A stretch of DNA of 32,000 nucleotides, taken from Aliivibrio fischeri ES114. GTDB taxonomy: Bacteria > Pseudomonadota > Gammaproteobacteria > Enterobacterales > Vibrionaceae. The position numbers and the translations under genes are program-made. Where the stretch lies: NCBI RefSeq assembly GCF_000011805.1, contig NC_006840.2; one strand, given 5' to 3'. Shown here one piece after another: positions 1 to 9,552 of this stretch. Under the pieces are notes generated by a model, which saw nothing but the letters and a program-made list of their open reading frames with translations, did no database searches and was not told where the DNA came from. Within the stretch, counting starts at the first letter, position 1. Every line of letters begins with the position of its first letter.

Positions 1-68
1 GAATATTCAGCAGCAGGGCTTTCAAAGCCACTAATACCAGCACTGGCGTGAAGAGGAATTACATTCAT
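1..68 (-). CDS. umuD: UmuD-like SOS mutagenesis protein (LexA/UmuD S24 family), 5' part only; continues beyond the left edge
   Basis: Reverse complement of 1..68 reads MNVIPLHASAGISGFESPAAEY, matching the UmuD N-terminus (Ala-Gly cleavage region followed by G-F-x-SPAA-(D/E)-Y). A perfect SOS box lies just upstream. Confidence 0.85.
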   Translation of the reverse strand, partial: MNVIPLHASAGISGFESPAAEY

Positions 69-77
69 AAAATAACA

Positions 78-93
78 CTGTATATAAGTACAG
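78..93 (-). promoter_or_regulatory. LexA-binding site (SOS box) for umuD
   Basis: CTGTATATAAGTACAG, a perfect CTGT-N8-ACAG, 10 nt upstream of the umuD ATG. Confidence 0.88.
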
Positions 94-160
94 CGTTATT
101 TTGGGTGTGAATGAATAAAATAGCAAGTGATTAGATAAAAAATATCGTTAACTGCTTACT

Positions 161-928
161 TTATAACAAGGCATTTTTCTTCATTAATTCTTTATCTACA
201 CCTTTTAGCTTCATTTCATCCATAATGAAGTTAACCGCATTTAGCAGCTCTTGCTCGCCTTTAGGTACTAAATAACCAAATTGGCTTTTTGTGAATGGGT
301 CGTCGCAGCGAGACGCTTCTAATCGCTTGTCTGTTGCTTGGTAGTAAAGCGCTTCTGGTGTTTCGGTTACCATTACGTCAACTTTTCCTGTCGCAACGGC
401 TTGGGGAACATCAAGGTTATTTTTGTAACGTGTGAATGTTGCACTTTGTAGATGAGTATCAGCAAATATCTCATTAGTACCGCCAATGTTAATACCTAAA
501 CGAGTACTTGATTTATTGACTTTATCAATGGTGTTATAAGTTTCAGCTTTTCCTTTTGCGACAAGGAAGCATTTACCAAAAGTCATGTAGCCTTGGCTTT
601 GTTCAGCATGCAGCTGACGCTGTATTTTACGTGTGATGCCGCCCATTGCGATGTCGTATTTGTCAGCATTAAGATCGGGAATGAGATTTTTCCATGAGGT
701 TTGAACTAACTCTAATTTTACATCTAGCTGTTCTGCTATGTATTTGGCAACATCAATATCATAACCAGAAAATTGCTTACCATCGAAAGAAGAGAAGGGC
801 TTATAGTCACCCGTTGTACCGACTCGAATAATTCCGGCTTCTTGGATTTCATCTAAGCGATCTGCGTGAGCTGTGAAGGAAGCGGCAAATAGCACAGATA
901 TGCATAAAAGTTTCTTTTTCATCATCAA
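161..928 (-). CDS. Periplasmic transporter substrate-binding-domain protein, cyclohexadienyl dehydratase (PheC)-like
   Basis: Signal peptide, then LDEIQEAGIIRVGTTGDYKPFS, SGYDIDVAKYIAEQL and GGTNEIFA motifs shared with PheC-type proteins of the SBP_bac_3 fold. Confidence 0.75.
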   Translation of the reverse strand: MMMKKKLLCISVLFAASFTAHADRLDEIQEAGIIRVGTTGDYKPFSSFDGKQFSGYDIDVAKYIAEQLDVKLELVQTSWKNLIPDLNADKYDIAMGGITRKIQRQLHAEQSQGYMTFGKCFLVAKGKAETYNTIDKVNKSSTRLGINIGGTNEIFADTHLQSATFTRYKNNLDVPQAVATGKVDVMVTETPEALYYQATDKRLEASRCDDPFTKSQFGYLVPKGEQELLNAVNFIMDEMKLKGVDKELMKKNALL

Positions 929-1189
929 ATCTTTTTGTTTATTAATTTAACTAACAAACTTATCACTATTTTGTAAATAAACAGATTAAACCATTCTATA
1001 AATAACGATAAAAAAACATGAGTGAGACATATTTCAAGTGGATGATTGTTGTATGTATTGATTCAATCTATTTGAAGGTCGCAAAATGTAAATAATATGG
1101 ATTAATTGTTATTAAGGGAATGGAGTAAGCCTTTACCACATAAGGGCTGCACTGGTTTTTCTTATTAATCTGAATTACTATTCTCAGCT

Positions 1190-2095
1190 TTGTTTCAACT
1201 GTGTGATGTATTGATGACAGTTTTATTATTCTTACAGATCGGTCTTGTTATTGGAGGCCTAACGTTCCTTTTTATGCTTGTATCACTATGGCTTAAGAAA
1301 AAGGACTCAGAAAAAGACACTAATATATGGGCAGTTGGTCTAATTGGTGGTTTTGCAAACTTTTGTGACACTCTTGGTGTTGGAAGTTTTGCCATTAAAA
1401 CGGCTGGTTATAAGCAGTTTAATTTAATCGATGACAAAGTATTACCTGGTACCTTGAATGCTCAAGCAACCATGGCAACGGTTTTTCAAGCATTGATTTT
1501 TCTTACCGCTGTTAATGTGGATTTAACGACGCTACTTAGCCTAATTATTGCAGCGTGTGTTGGCGCAACAGTTGGTGCTCGATTAGTATCAAATTTTGAT
1601 CGCCAATTGATTCGTTTGATTATGGCTGGCGCTTTGCTGGTTGTTGCATTACTGATGTTTGCAGGACGTTTAGATTTATTCCCACTAGGTGGTGAAGAGT
1701 TAGGATTAAGTGGTGAAAAATTGGTTATCGGTATTATTGGTAACTTTATTTTTGGTGCATTAATGACGGTAGGGATTGGTTTATACGCACCGTGTATGAC
1801 GATGATTTACTTGTTAGGTATGAACCCGTTAGCGGCATTTCCTATTATGATGTGTTCATGCGCATTTTTATGTTTCTTTTCTGCTGGCGGTTTTATCAAG
1901 CAGAAAGCCGTGAACTCAAGAGCATCTTTGGTGGTGGCGATTACCGGACCTATTGGCGTGCTAATTGCGGCGTTCATTGTTAAATCTCTTGATGTCGATA
2001 TGCTTGCTTGGTTAGTGGCGTTTGTGGTTCTTTATACTGCAGTTATGATGTTACGTTCATGGCAGCAAGGCCGAGTGACAAATAAAGCGCTATAA
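1190..2095 (+). CDS. TSUP (TauE/SafE) family membrane permease; true start may be Met at 1214
   Basis: Multiple hydrophobic helices; IGGFANFCDTLGVGSFAI and GALMTVGIGLYAPCMTMIYLLGMNP motifs typical of TSUP. Confidence 0.8.
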   Translation: MFQLCDVLMTVLLFLQIGLVIGGLTFLFMLVSLWLKKKDSEKDTNIWAVGLIGGFANFCDTLGVGSFAIKTAGYKQFNLIDDKVLPGTLNAQATMATVFQALIFLTAVNVDLTTLLSLIIAACVGATVGARLVSNFDRQLIRLIMAGALLVVALLMFAGRLDLFPLGGEELGLSGEKLVIGIIGNFIFGALMTVGIGLYAPCMTMIYLLGMNPLAAFPIMMCSCAFLCFFSAGGFIKQKAVNSRASLVVAITGPIGVLIAAFIVKSLDVDMLAWLVAFVVLYTAVMMLRSWQQGRVTNKAL

Positions 2096-2180
2096 AATGC
2101 GAGTTTCTGTCACATAGTTATTGGAGATATAAAAAGTTCGTGGTATTTTCCACCTACCAATTATTTATGGATTTTTTATC

Positions 2181-2747
2181 ATGCCAAAGGCAAGTGACAT
2201 CAAAAAAGGTTCAGCAATTGAACACAACGGTAAAGTATTTTTCGTTAAAGAAATCAGCAAGCTAACTCCAAGTGGCCGTGCAGGTGCAACATTATTCCGT
2301 ATGCGTATGTACGATGTTGCAACAGGTGCTAAATCGGATGAAAGCTTCAAAGCTGATGACATGATCAATTTAGCTGACTTTAGTCGTCGCAGCGCAACGT
2401 TCTCTTATGTTGATGGTAATGAGTATGTATTCATGGATTCTGAAGACTACACTCCATACAACTTCAACAAAGAAGCGATTGAAGAAGAACTACTTTTCAT
2501 CACTGAAGAGACTCAAGGTCTTCAAATTCTTATCGTTGATGGCGCACCAGTAGCAATCGAATTACCGTCTGCTGTTGATCTAGAAATCGTAGAAACGGCT
2601 CCTTCAATTAAAGGTGCTTCTGCAAGTGCTCGTACAAAACCTGCAACTATGACTACAGGTTTAACTGTACAAGTTCCTGAGTACATCGCAAACGGTGAGA
2701 AAGTGAAAATCAACACGACTGAACACAAGTTCATGAGCCGTGCTTAA
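2181..2747 (+). CDS. efpL: Elongation factor P-like protein EfpL/YeiP
   Basis: 188 aa; [25 protein letters not shown], Arg-containing tip loop [17 protein letters not shown] domains, C-terminal [30 protein letters not shown]. Confidence 0.92.
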   Translation: MPKASDIKKGSAIEHNGKVFFVKEISKLTPSGRAGATLFRMRMYDVATGAKSDESFKADDMINLADFSRRSATFSYVDGNEYVFMDSEDYTPYNFNKEAIEEELLFITEETQGLQILIVDGAPVAIELPSAVDLEIVETAPSIKGASASARTKPATMTTGLTVQVPEYIANGEKVKINTTEHKFMSRA

Positions 2748-2794
2748 TCGCTTTTAGATAGTATTTTTTAATACTGTTAAAAACATAAAGAAAA

Positions 2795-2826
2795 GGCCAG
2801 CTATTCGTTAATAGCTGGCCTTTTTT
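2795..2826. terminator. Rho-independent (bidirectional) terminator between convergent efpL and thrE-like genes
   Basis: Perfect 11-bp stem GGCCAGCTATT-CGTT-AATAGCTGGCC, followed by T6 on + and preceded by an A-rich tract that serves as the U-tract on -. Confidence 0.93.
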
Positions 2827-2845
2827 ATGTCTTGTATTTTGAGTA

Positions 2846-4024
2846 TCACAAGTCTCGTTCAATTTTTGGAGAGTAAATCGAGTAAGCGGTAATTTGTCCT
2901 GCAACAATGGCAGAAAACATGAAGAGCGCCGATAAACCAATGCTTGGGATAGGGAGTATCGATTGCTCAAATACACTTTGACTTGCACTTACTAAGATAC
3001 GACTGCCTGGAACAAGAATGATGATCCCTTGTACGATAAAAATGATCCCCGTTAGATTTAAACGTCGAGCAATCCATGTTCCATAAAGGGTGATTAATAC
3101 TGTCGTTACCCATGTACCCACAACCCAGCCACCATCAAAACCAAGATAAAATGGACCCCACATGCCTAATACAGCAACCGGTAAACTATATAGTGTATCG
3201 ATTGGGCGAGCTTTAAACATCACACCTAATGAGAATGAAATAATAGGTAAGCCTAGTATTTGTAACCACAGTGGAAATTCATTTTGATACTCAATGGATT
3301 CAGTCGTACCAAAAATGGCTTCGCCAATGTGTAAGCCGATAATGATCCCAATAAGAAGTTTTATTAAAGTGAGAAAGCACTGGCCAAGTAAACTGGTACC
3401 AGAGACGAGATCGTTAAAGGCTAAACATTCTAATGCGTTTGAAATAGAAAGTCCGGGAACAAAAAGAACAACAGCAGCAATACAAAGTCCGAGAATAGGT
3501 ATGGGAACACCAAGACTTGCAATAAATGCTACGGTAAAGGCAACAATTAAGGCTCCAAAAAATTCAACAGCAATAGTGCGACGCTTGCTACAAAAAACTT
3601 GAGATAACCAAACTAAAAAACCAAGCAGAAAACTGACGAATAACGCTTCGAATGTTGATCCAACAAGCATAAGAAAGGCAGGGGGAATACAGGTATTTGC
3701 TAAACAAACGGCCCATGACGGATAAGATATTCCTTCTGCAGGAGCTTGTGGAATGGGAGTTAATGGCTGTTGTAATTGAATAATCGTATTAGCAAGTAAC
3801 CCAAGATCTATACTTGCAGGTTTATGACGTTTCATGATGACGGCGTTGTTGTCATCTGGAAACTGATAGTTAATGGAAGTTGGTGTTGCTTGGATCATAC
3901 AATTAACGCCATATTTGTTGGCGTAAAAGGTTGTGTAGCGTTCTACTTTATAGGGAGCACAGCCGCAACGGTGCAGTGTATCTCCAATCTCTACAATTCG
4001 ATTGATACGATATTGTGAAGGCAT
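2846..4024 (-). CDS. ThrE-family threonine/serine exporter, fused YjjP-like and YjjB-like domains
   Basis: 392 aa; N-terminal YRINRIVEIGDTLHRCGCAPYKVERY domain, two blocks of TM helices, C-terminal VPGSRILVSAS motif. Confidence 0.83.
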   Translation of the reverse strand: MPSQYRINRIVEIGDTLHRCGCAPYKVERYTTFYANKYGVNCMIQATPTSINYQFPDDNNAVIMKRHKPASIDLGLLANTIIQLQQPLTPIPQAPAEGISYPSWAVCLANTCIPPAFLMLVGSTFEALFVSFLLGFLVWLSQVFCSKRRTIAVEFFGALIVAFTVAFIASLGVPIPILGLCIAAVVLFVPGLSISNALECLAFNDLVSGTSLLGQCFLTLIKLLIGIIIGLHIGEAIFGTTESIEYQNEFPLWLQILGLPIISFSLGVMFKARPIDTLYSLPVAVLGMWGPFYLGFDGGWVVGTWVTTVLITLYGTWIARRLNLTGIIFIVQGIIILVPGSRILVSASQSVFEQSILPIPSIGLSALFMFSAIVAGQITAYSIYSPKIERDL

Positions 4025-4051
4025 ATCCTTATTCCTACAGCTTGATGTATG

Positions 4052-4092
4052 GTACCAATCTAAGTGTATTTACGATTTACTTAGATTGGCAC
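4052..4092. repeat. Imperfect palindromic element, 11-bp perfect core stem
   Basis: CCAATCTAAGT (4055-4065) / ACTTAGATTGG (4079-4089), 13-nt loop; extended by GT/AC beyond one mismatch. Confidence 0.7.
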
Positions 4093-4111
4093 TAATTTAA
4101 AAACGTATTAT

Positions 4112-5533
4112 TTAAAACAAGTTTCCATCACGAACAAGTTCACGAGGTAATCCATTTTTGATTCGGTTACCCACCCATTTTCCTAAGCCAATAACTGCGC
4201 CTTTATAAGTAACAATCGTTTCGCCTTTTCCTGAAAAGTCCGGACGTACATCTCGTCCCATATACCATTCACGTGCTTGTTCTGTATTTAGTTCAGCACA
4301 AGTCGGGTTATCGGCTGTCGCGAGTGCCATGATAGCTTCATGTTGCCAGCGATATCCTTTTTTATGGGTTTCAGCAAGTTTAAATCCAATTCGATGGTAG
4401 CGCATTTCACCAATCAATGGCTTCATGCGTTTAGGGAAAGCCCAGACTTCTTTATCTCGGATCCAAAATTCATTATCTTCAGGGATTGCTAATTGTAATG
4501 TTGATTTTAATTCTGCTTCAATAGCTTGTGCTTCTTTATTTGAAGCCGGTGCGAAAGGGAATTTGCCTAAGCGTTTTTTCACCTCTGGAGGCGTGGTTGA
4601 GCTATTTTTTCGGATCTTAGCAACAAAGAAACCTTCACTATCAAAAATCTGAGGGTAGATATGTAAGAAGCCTTCTTTGGTTAACGCTTTTTCTGCACTC
4701 TCAAATAAGTCACCTAGCGGCTCAAACGTGACGGCGTCACCAAATTGTTCAACAAGATGATGGCAAATGTTTTGGTTTTCTTCGTGGTTTAATGTACAGG
4801 TTGAGTACACCATTACGCCGCCCAGTTTTAGGGCATGAAACGCACTTTCAATTAAATCACGTTGAGTGTCACCAATTTCGATAACTGATTCAGGGCTCCA
4901 GTTATGCATTGCATCTGGGTCTTTACGAATGGTACCTTCGCCAGAACAAGGTGCATCCAATAAGATTGAGTCAAAAGTTTCTGGCAACCAACCACCAAAA
5001 ACACGACCATCAAAGTGGGTTAGAGCAACATTGCTTACACCACAGCGTTGTATATTTGAGCAAAGCACTTTTACACGGCTTGATGAAAATTCGTTAGCAA
5101 CGAGAGCGCCTTGGTTTTTCATTCCTGCAGCTAGTTGTGTGGTTTTAGAACCGGGAGCTGAAGCCATATCGAGAGCCATTTCGATATCATCATTATCTTT
5201 TAATAATGCGGTAACTGGCATCATAGAGCTTGCTTCTTGAATGTAGAATAGGCCAGCCATATGTTCTGCGGTGCTACCTAGTTTTACTGTGTCGCTCTCA
5301 GGACGCGTGATCCAAAAACCAGTATCGCACCAAGGCACAGGTTCTAAATCCCATTGTTTTTCAGCGGCACGTTGTTTAAATTCTTCAACACTGTTTTTTA
5401 GTATATTCACACGAATACTACGACGTAAAGGTCGTTTACAAGCGGCAATAAACTCATCCATTGATAAGTAGGAAGGCATGGTCTCTTGTACTTGTGCCAA
5501 GAAAGCGTCAGGAAGAAAAATATTATCGTGCAC
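4112..5533 (-). CDS. rsmF: 16S rRNA (cytosine-1407-C5)-methyltransferase RsmF/YebU
   Basis: 473 aa; NOL1/NOP2/Sun motifs DMASAPGSKTTQLAA, LDAPCSGEGTIRKD, YSTCTLNHEENQ. Confidence 0.93.
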   Translation of the reverse strand: MHDNIFLPDAFLAQVQETMPSYLSMDEFIAACKRPLRRSIRVNILKNSVEEFKQRAAEKQWDLEPVPWCDTGFWITRPESDTVKLGSTAEHMAGLFYIQEASSMMPVTALLKDNDDIEMALDMASAPGSKTTQLAAGMKNQGALVANEFSSSRVKVLCSNIQRCGVSNVALTHFDGRVFGGWLPETFDSILLDAPCSGEGTIRKDPDAMHNWSPESVIEIGDTQRDLIESAFHALKLGGVMVYSTCTLNHEENQNICHHLVEQFGDAVTFEPLGDLFESAEKALTKEGFLHIYPQIFDSEGFFVAKIRKNSSTTPPEVKKRLGKFPFAPASNKEAQAIEAELKSTLQLAIPEDNEFWIRDKEVWAFPKRMKPLIGEMRYHRIGFKLAETHKKGYRWQHEAIMALATADNPTCAELNTEQAREWYMGRDVRPDFSGKGETIVTYKGAVIGLGKWVGNRIKNGLPRELVRDGNLF

Positions 5534-5643
5534 AGATGAATCTCATTGGAAGATGTAATGGCAGGAAGTGTAAACGCTATTGTGAGTATTGTCTAAATGG
5601 AATTAAGGATAATAGATGAAATAGTGTGTTGATGAATAAGAAA

Positions 5644-5672
5644 AAGGCAGTTGAATGAACATCAACAGCCTT
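5644..5672 (-). terminator. Probable Rho-independent terminator downstream of letB
   Basis: On the minus strand AAGGCTGTTGA...TCAACTGCCTT (one central mismatch) followed by TTT; lies 23 nt past the letB stop. Confidence 0.75.
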
Positions 5673-5694
5673 ATTTAGTTAACTCTTTGAGTGC

Positions 5695-8331
5695 TTATTT
5701 ATTTGGATTTGGAATAGCAGCATTCCACAATGCCCAATCTTCTTCTGCGGTTTTATGCAGTAGGTAAGATTTATGTGCTTTTGCCTGTGGTTTTAGCGTT
5801 TCATCATCTGGTGTAGAGAAAGCAATACCACCACGCAGGATACTATCTACCGTACCGGCTTGAACTTTTGCACCGCTTAAACCAATAGACATATTTACAC
5901 CTGATACATTCCAGAAAACACTGTTTTCTCGAACAAGGTAGGCAAATTCAGAGTGAATACCAATCGTGATAATAATGCGATCTGATAAATCACCAAGTCT
6001 TACATCAGTCACTTCACCAACTTCGATTTCTCTAAATAGGATAGGTGTCCCAACTTTGACTGAACCACGAGAAAGCGCTTCTAATGTATATGAAATGAGT
6101 TGATCACCTTGTGGTTGATCCGATAACGTAAATTGAGTTTTCGTCTTTCCTGAACCTGGAGTTACTTGAATGTAACTGCCAAGTAGGGTATCTAGATTCT
6201 CTGCACCAGCTAAGCTAATGCTTGGTTCTACAACCCAGAAGTGGCTACCTGCAACTGCAATTTGGTCAACATATTCAGGGTAAATACGAGCTTGTACATA
6301 AACGTTATCGCTAGAGAAGTTTGGTGTAATTTTACTTACTTCACCAACAGAAACACCTTTGTATTTAATCTGTGTTCCTTTGTCTATCGCATTGCTGTCT
6401 TTGGCTGTAAACGCGATAATTTTACCAAATTCTTGGGCTTCAGATAGGTTAGAGTAAAGTTTCCATTTTTTACCCAGTTTATTTTCAACACCTTGAATAT
6501 TATCAAAACCAATACCACCACGGATCATCGACATTAATGGTGCCGCTTGAATGTTAACACCGCTTAAACTCGCTTCTACATTAACCCCTGAATAGTTCCA
6601 GAAAACCGTATCAGCTTGAATTAAATGCGCGTACTGCTTTTCAATATTTATTTTAATGTTAACGCCATCATTACCTAAGTTGAAATCCGTTACTTTACCC
6701 ACAACAAGGTTACGATAAAGAATTGGGCTGTTTTTGGTGATTGGCGGTAACTCTGTACTAAATAGCGTGAGTTCTGTGCTTTTTTCTGTTTTAAATTGTG
6801 CCAGCTCAGCAAGAGAGCTGTTTTTAAATAGGGTATAGCTTTTTTGTTTATAGCCTTTACCTTCACTTGTAAAGCTAATCGAACCAGAAATTAAGGCTTG
6901 TGTTGGAGGCACATCAATATTTAAACCAGAGTCAGTTAACTCAGCAGAGACACTACCTGAAACAAAGAATTTGTTGTTTGATTTGATAAGGTGTTTGTAT
7001 TTCTCAAATACCATTGCATCAAATTTAACTCTGTCATTAACTAGCGCGACATGGGTAATCGAGCCGACCTTAATTCCTTTATACAAGATAGTAGTATCAG
7101 GGGTTAAACCAAAAGAACGATCTGCATACAGAGAGAAAGTAAGCGCTTTTGCATCTTGCTTAATCAGTTCTGGTTTACGAATTGCAGTAAATTCACGAGA
7201 GCGTTCACCTGTACCTGGAACCAGTGTTAGGAAGTTACCTCGAACAAGGTTACCAATGTTTTCAACACCAGATAAACCTAACTTTGCTTCTTCTAATACA
7301 AAACGAGAACCATCGTTTAAATAATCCGTAAAAGCAGGCTCAACAGTGGCAGAGGCAATAATGTCTTTTTTATCATCAGATAATTTTAAACTGTTTATTT
7401 GACCAATCTCTAAACCACGATACATGATGGCAGAGCCATTTGGACTGATTTGGTTATTATCTGGCAGAGTGATTTTAATCGGAATGCCGCGTCCTGCAGT
7501 TTTGATATTAGAGTAAAGTTGAAATTCCTTCCCGTTATCAATGGCTTTACCATCATCAGGAGAATCAACAGCAATAGCACCACCAATAAGGGCTGATAAA
7601 CTTTCAAATTGAACGTCTACACCATTAAAACCAATATTTGCACCGATACCACTCGCATTCCAAAAACGGCTTTTAGATGTGATTAAATGTGCATATTGTT
7701 CTTCAATTAACGCTTTAATACGAACGTTGTCTGTTTTGTGGTCAAGTTTGAAATTGTAGACTTCACCAATAGGAATTTTTTTATAGTAAATTTTTGAGCC
7801 AACAGAAATAGACCCTAAATCTTTAGAGCGTAATGTCACACTCAAGCCAGTGGTGTTTGGTTGAATAGCAGGAGAGTTAGCTAAAGCGGTAAATTTTGTT
7901 TTTGCCGCACCAGAACCCGGTAAAATAGCGATGTAGTTACCAGAAACCAGAGCATCTAATCCTGATATACCTGTAAGAGATGCTTGAGGTTTTACTAACC
8001 AAAATTGAGTATTTTCCTTTAATAGGTCACTGGCTTCAGGGTAGATATCCGCATCAACATAAATATTAGAAAGGTCCTTTGAAAGGGTGATGTTTTTAAC
8101 CATACCAACTTCAAGACCTTGATAACGAATTGTCGTACGTCCAGCCATTAAGCCTTGAGCGTCTTCAAAATAGATTTGAATACGCTGTCCAGCTTCCATC
8201 AGAGAAGAATAAACAAGCCAACCACCAAGACATAAAGCGAGTAAAGGTAGGATCCAAAGGGGTGAAATGCCACGCTCTTCTTTGATGTTGACTTGCTCAA
8301 TCGATGAATCAAGATTTTTTGGTTGGTTCAT
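5695..8331 (-). CDS. letB: MCE-domain lipid transport protein LetB/YebT (seven MCE repeats)
   Basis: 878 aa; N-terminal TM helix and seven repeats of the form G(T)xIxYxGxxVG; adjacent to letA. Confidence 0.93.
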   Translation of the reverse strand: MNQPKNLDSSIEQVNIKEERGISPLWILPLLALCLGGWLVYSSLMEAGQRIQIYFEDAQGLMAGRTTIRYQGLEVGMVKNITLSKDLSNIYVDADIYPEASDLLKENTQFWLVKPQASLTGISGLDALVSGNYIAILPGSGAAKTKFTALANSPAIQPNTTGLSVTLRSKDLGSISVGSKIYYKKIPIGEVYNFKLDHKTDNVRIKALIEEQYAHLITSKSRFWNASGIGANIGFNGVDVQFESLSALIGGAIAVDSPDDGKAIDNGKEFQLYSNIKTAGRGIPIKITLPDNNQISPNGSAIMYRGLEIGQINSLKLSDDKKDIIASATVEPAFTDYLNDGSRFVLEEAKLGLSGVENIGNLVRGNFLTLVPGTGERSREFTAIRKPELIKQDAKALTFSLYADRSFGLTPDTTILYKGIKVGSITHVALVNDRVKFDAMVFEKYKHLIKSNNKFFVSGSVSAELTDSGLNIDVPPTQALISGSISFTSEGKGYKQKSYTLFKNSSLAELAQFKTEKSTELTLFSTELPPITKNSPILYRNLVVGKVTDFNLGNDGVNIKINIEKQYAHLIQADTVFWNYSGVNVEASLSGVNIQAAPLMSMIRGGIGFDNIQGVENKLGKKWKLYSNLSEAQEFGKIIAFTAKDSNAIDKGTQIKYKGVSVGEVSKITPNFSSDNVYVQARIYPEYVDQIAVAGSHFWVVEPSISLAGAENLDTLLGSYIQVTPGSGKTKTQFTLSDQPQGDQLISYTLEALSRGSVKVGTPILFREIEVGEVTDVRLGDLSDRIIITIGIHSEFAYLVRENSVFWNVSGVNMSIGLSGAKVQAGTVDSILRGGIAFSTPDDETLKPQAKAHKSYLLHKTAEEDWALWNAAIPNPNK

Positions 8332-9535
8332 AATTATCCCAAATTAAACGAGAATCAAAACTTTCGGCTGCTAGCATGGTGAATACGACTACTAAACCAA
8401 AAGCCACAGCACCAAGGCCGGGAGTAAAATCTAAAATTTGTCCGCGATCTATTAATGTCATCATAATAGAGATAACAAATAAATCCATTACAGACCATTT
8501 TCCAATCCATTTAACCGCAGTATAAATGAACATTCTTTGACGATGAAAAGCCGAGCGTTTAAATTGCACACAGAGCAATAAATAGCCAAGCCCAAGAATT
8601 TTAGCAACTGGTACAATAATACTAGCGATAAAAATAATAGCCGCAATACCATACATGTCAGTTCTGATTAAGCCTGCAACACCTGAAAAAATAGTATCTT
8701 CTAAACGTTTACCATTGGTGAGTAAAATTGAGATAGATAAAATGTTAGCAGGAATAATGAAGATAGCTGCAGCAATTAAGTAAGCCCAGGTTTTTTGAAT
8801 CGACTTAGGCTTTCTAAAGTGAATTGGACGTTTACAACGAATACAGTGACTGCCTTTTTGTTGAGTAAAGTGGCAATGTTCGCAATGGATAGAATGCTTA
8901 GGGTCGACAATAGGGGCTTCAGTATCCTGCTGATGCTTTCTTTGCCAAACACGCCAGTAACGACGCACACTGACATGAGTTAACAATAAAGACGTTGTGA
9001 ATTGAAGAAGAACAAGTCCATATAATCCCGAGCCGATAAATATATCAGCGTGATCTTGAATTTTAAAACAAGCAATGGCTAAGCTAATTAAAAAGACATC
9101 AAGCATCATCCAGTCTTTTAAGTGTTGAATGATAGATAAACTTAACCTGTAGGTTTTGAACCATTTCTTTCGAAGTGCTAGGTGAGCGGTAACCACTGAG
9201 CCACACACAAGAAAAGGGACAATTGAACTACAAAATAAAATAAGTAGGCCGAGCATCGGGAAACCTTCAGCCATTAAGGTAATGGTGCCTGAAGGCAAGG
9301 TTGCTGGGATCATTACACCAAACAGTTTGATGGTAACCATTGGGAAAAAATGAGAAGGAATAAATAGTAATAGCGCAGCGATGGCGATAGCAAGATCACT
9401 ATTTAATGAAATTCGGTTACCACGATAAAGCTGTGTGTTGCAGCGAGGGCAATGAGCGTTTTGCTTTTTCTTTACCTTCGCTACCTCAACAACAAGATCA
9501 CAGCCGTGACAGCGACGAAATTTAGCGTCTTCCAC
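8309..9535 (-). CDS. letA: LetA/YebS, paraquat-inducible protein A family inner-membrane protein
   Basis: Two zinc-ribbon-like clusters (CHGCD..CPRC; CEHC..CIRC) and PqiA-type TM domains; overlaps letB by 23 bp. Confidence 0.92.
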   Translation of the reverse strand: MEDAKFRRCHGCDLVVEVAKVKKKQNAHCPRCNTQLYRGNRISLNSDLAIAIAALLLFIPSHFFPMVTIKLFGVMIPATLPSGTITLMAEGFPMLGLLILFCSSIVPFLVCGSVVTAHLALRKKWFKTYRLSLSIIQHLKDWMMLDVFLISLAIACFKIQDHADIFIGSGLYGLVLLQFTTSLLLTHVSVRRYWRVWQRKHQQDTEAPIVDPKHSIHCEHCHFTQQKGSHCIRCKRPIHFRKPKSIQKTWAYLIAAAIFIIPANILSISILLTNGKRLEDTIFSGVAGLIRTDMYGIAAIIFIASIIVPVAKILGLGYLLLCVQFKRSAFHRQRMFIYTAVKWIGKWSVMDLFVISIMMTLIDRGQILDFTPGLGAVAFGLVVVFTMLAAESFDSRLIWDNYEPTKKS

Positions 9536-9552
9536 TTCTGTGATCCATTAAA

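Noticed and set aside
4866-5240. 124-aa plus-strand ORF antisense to rsmF
   Set aside because: Shadow ORF fully inside a confidently assigned conserved gene; low-complexity composition and no supporting translation signals.
6971-7324. 117-aa plus-strand ORF antisense to letB
   Set aside because: Lies within seven-MCE letB, whose reading frame is unambiguous; no independent coding evidence.
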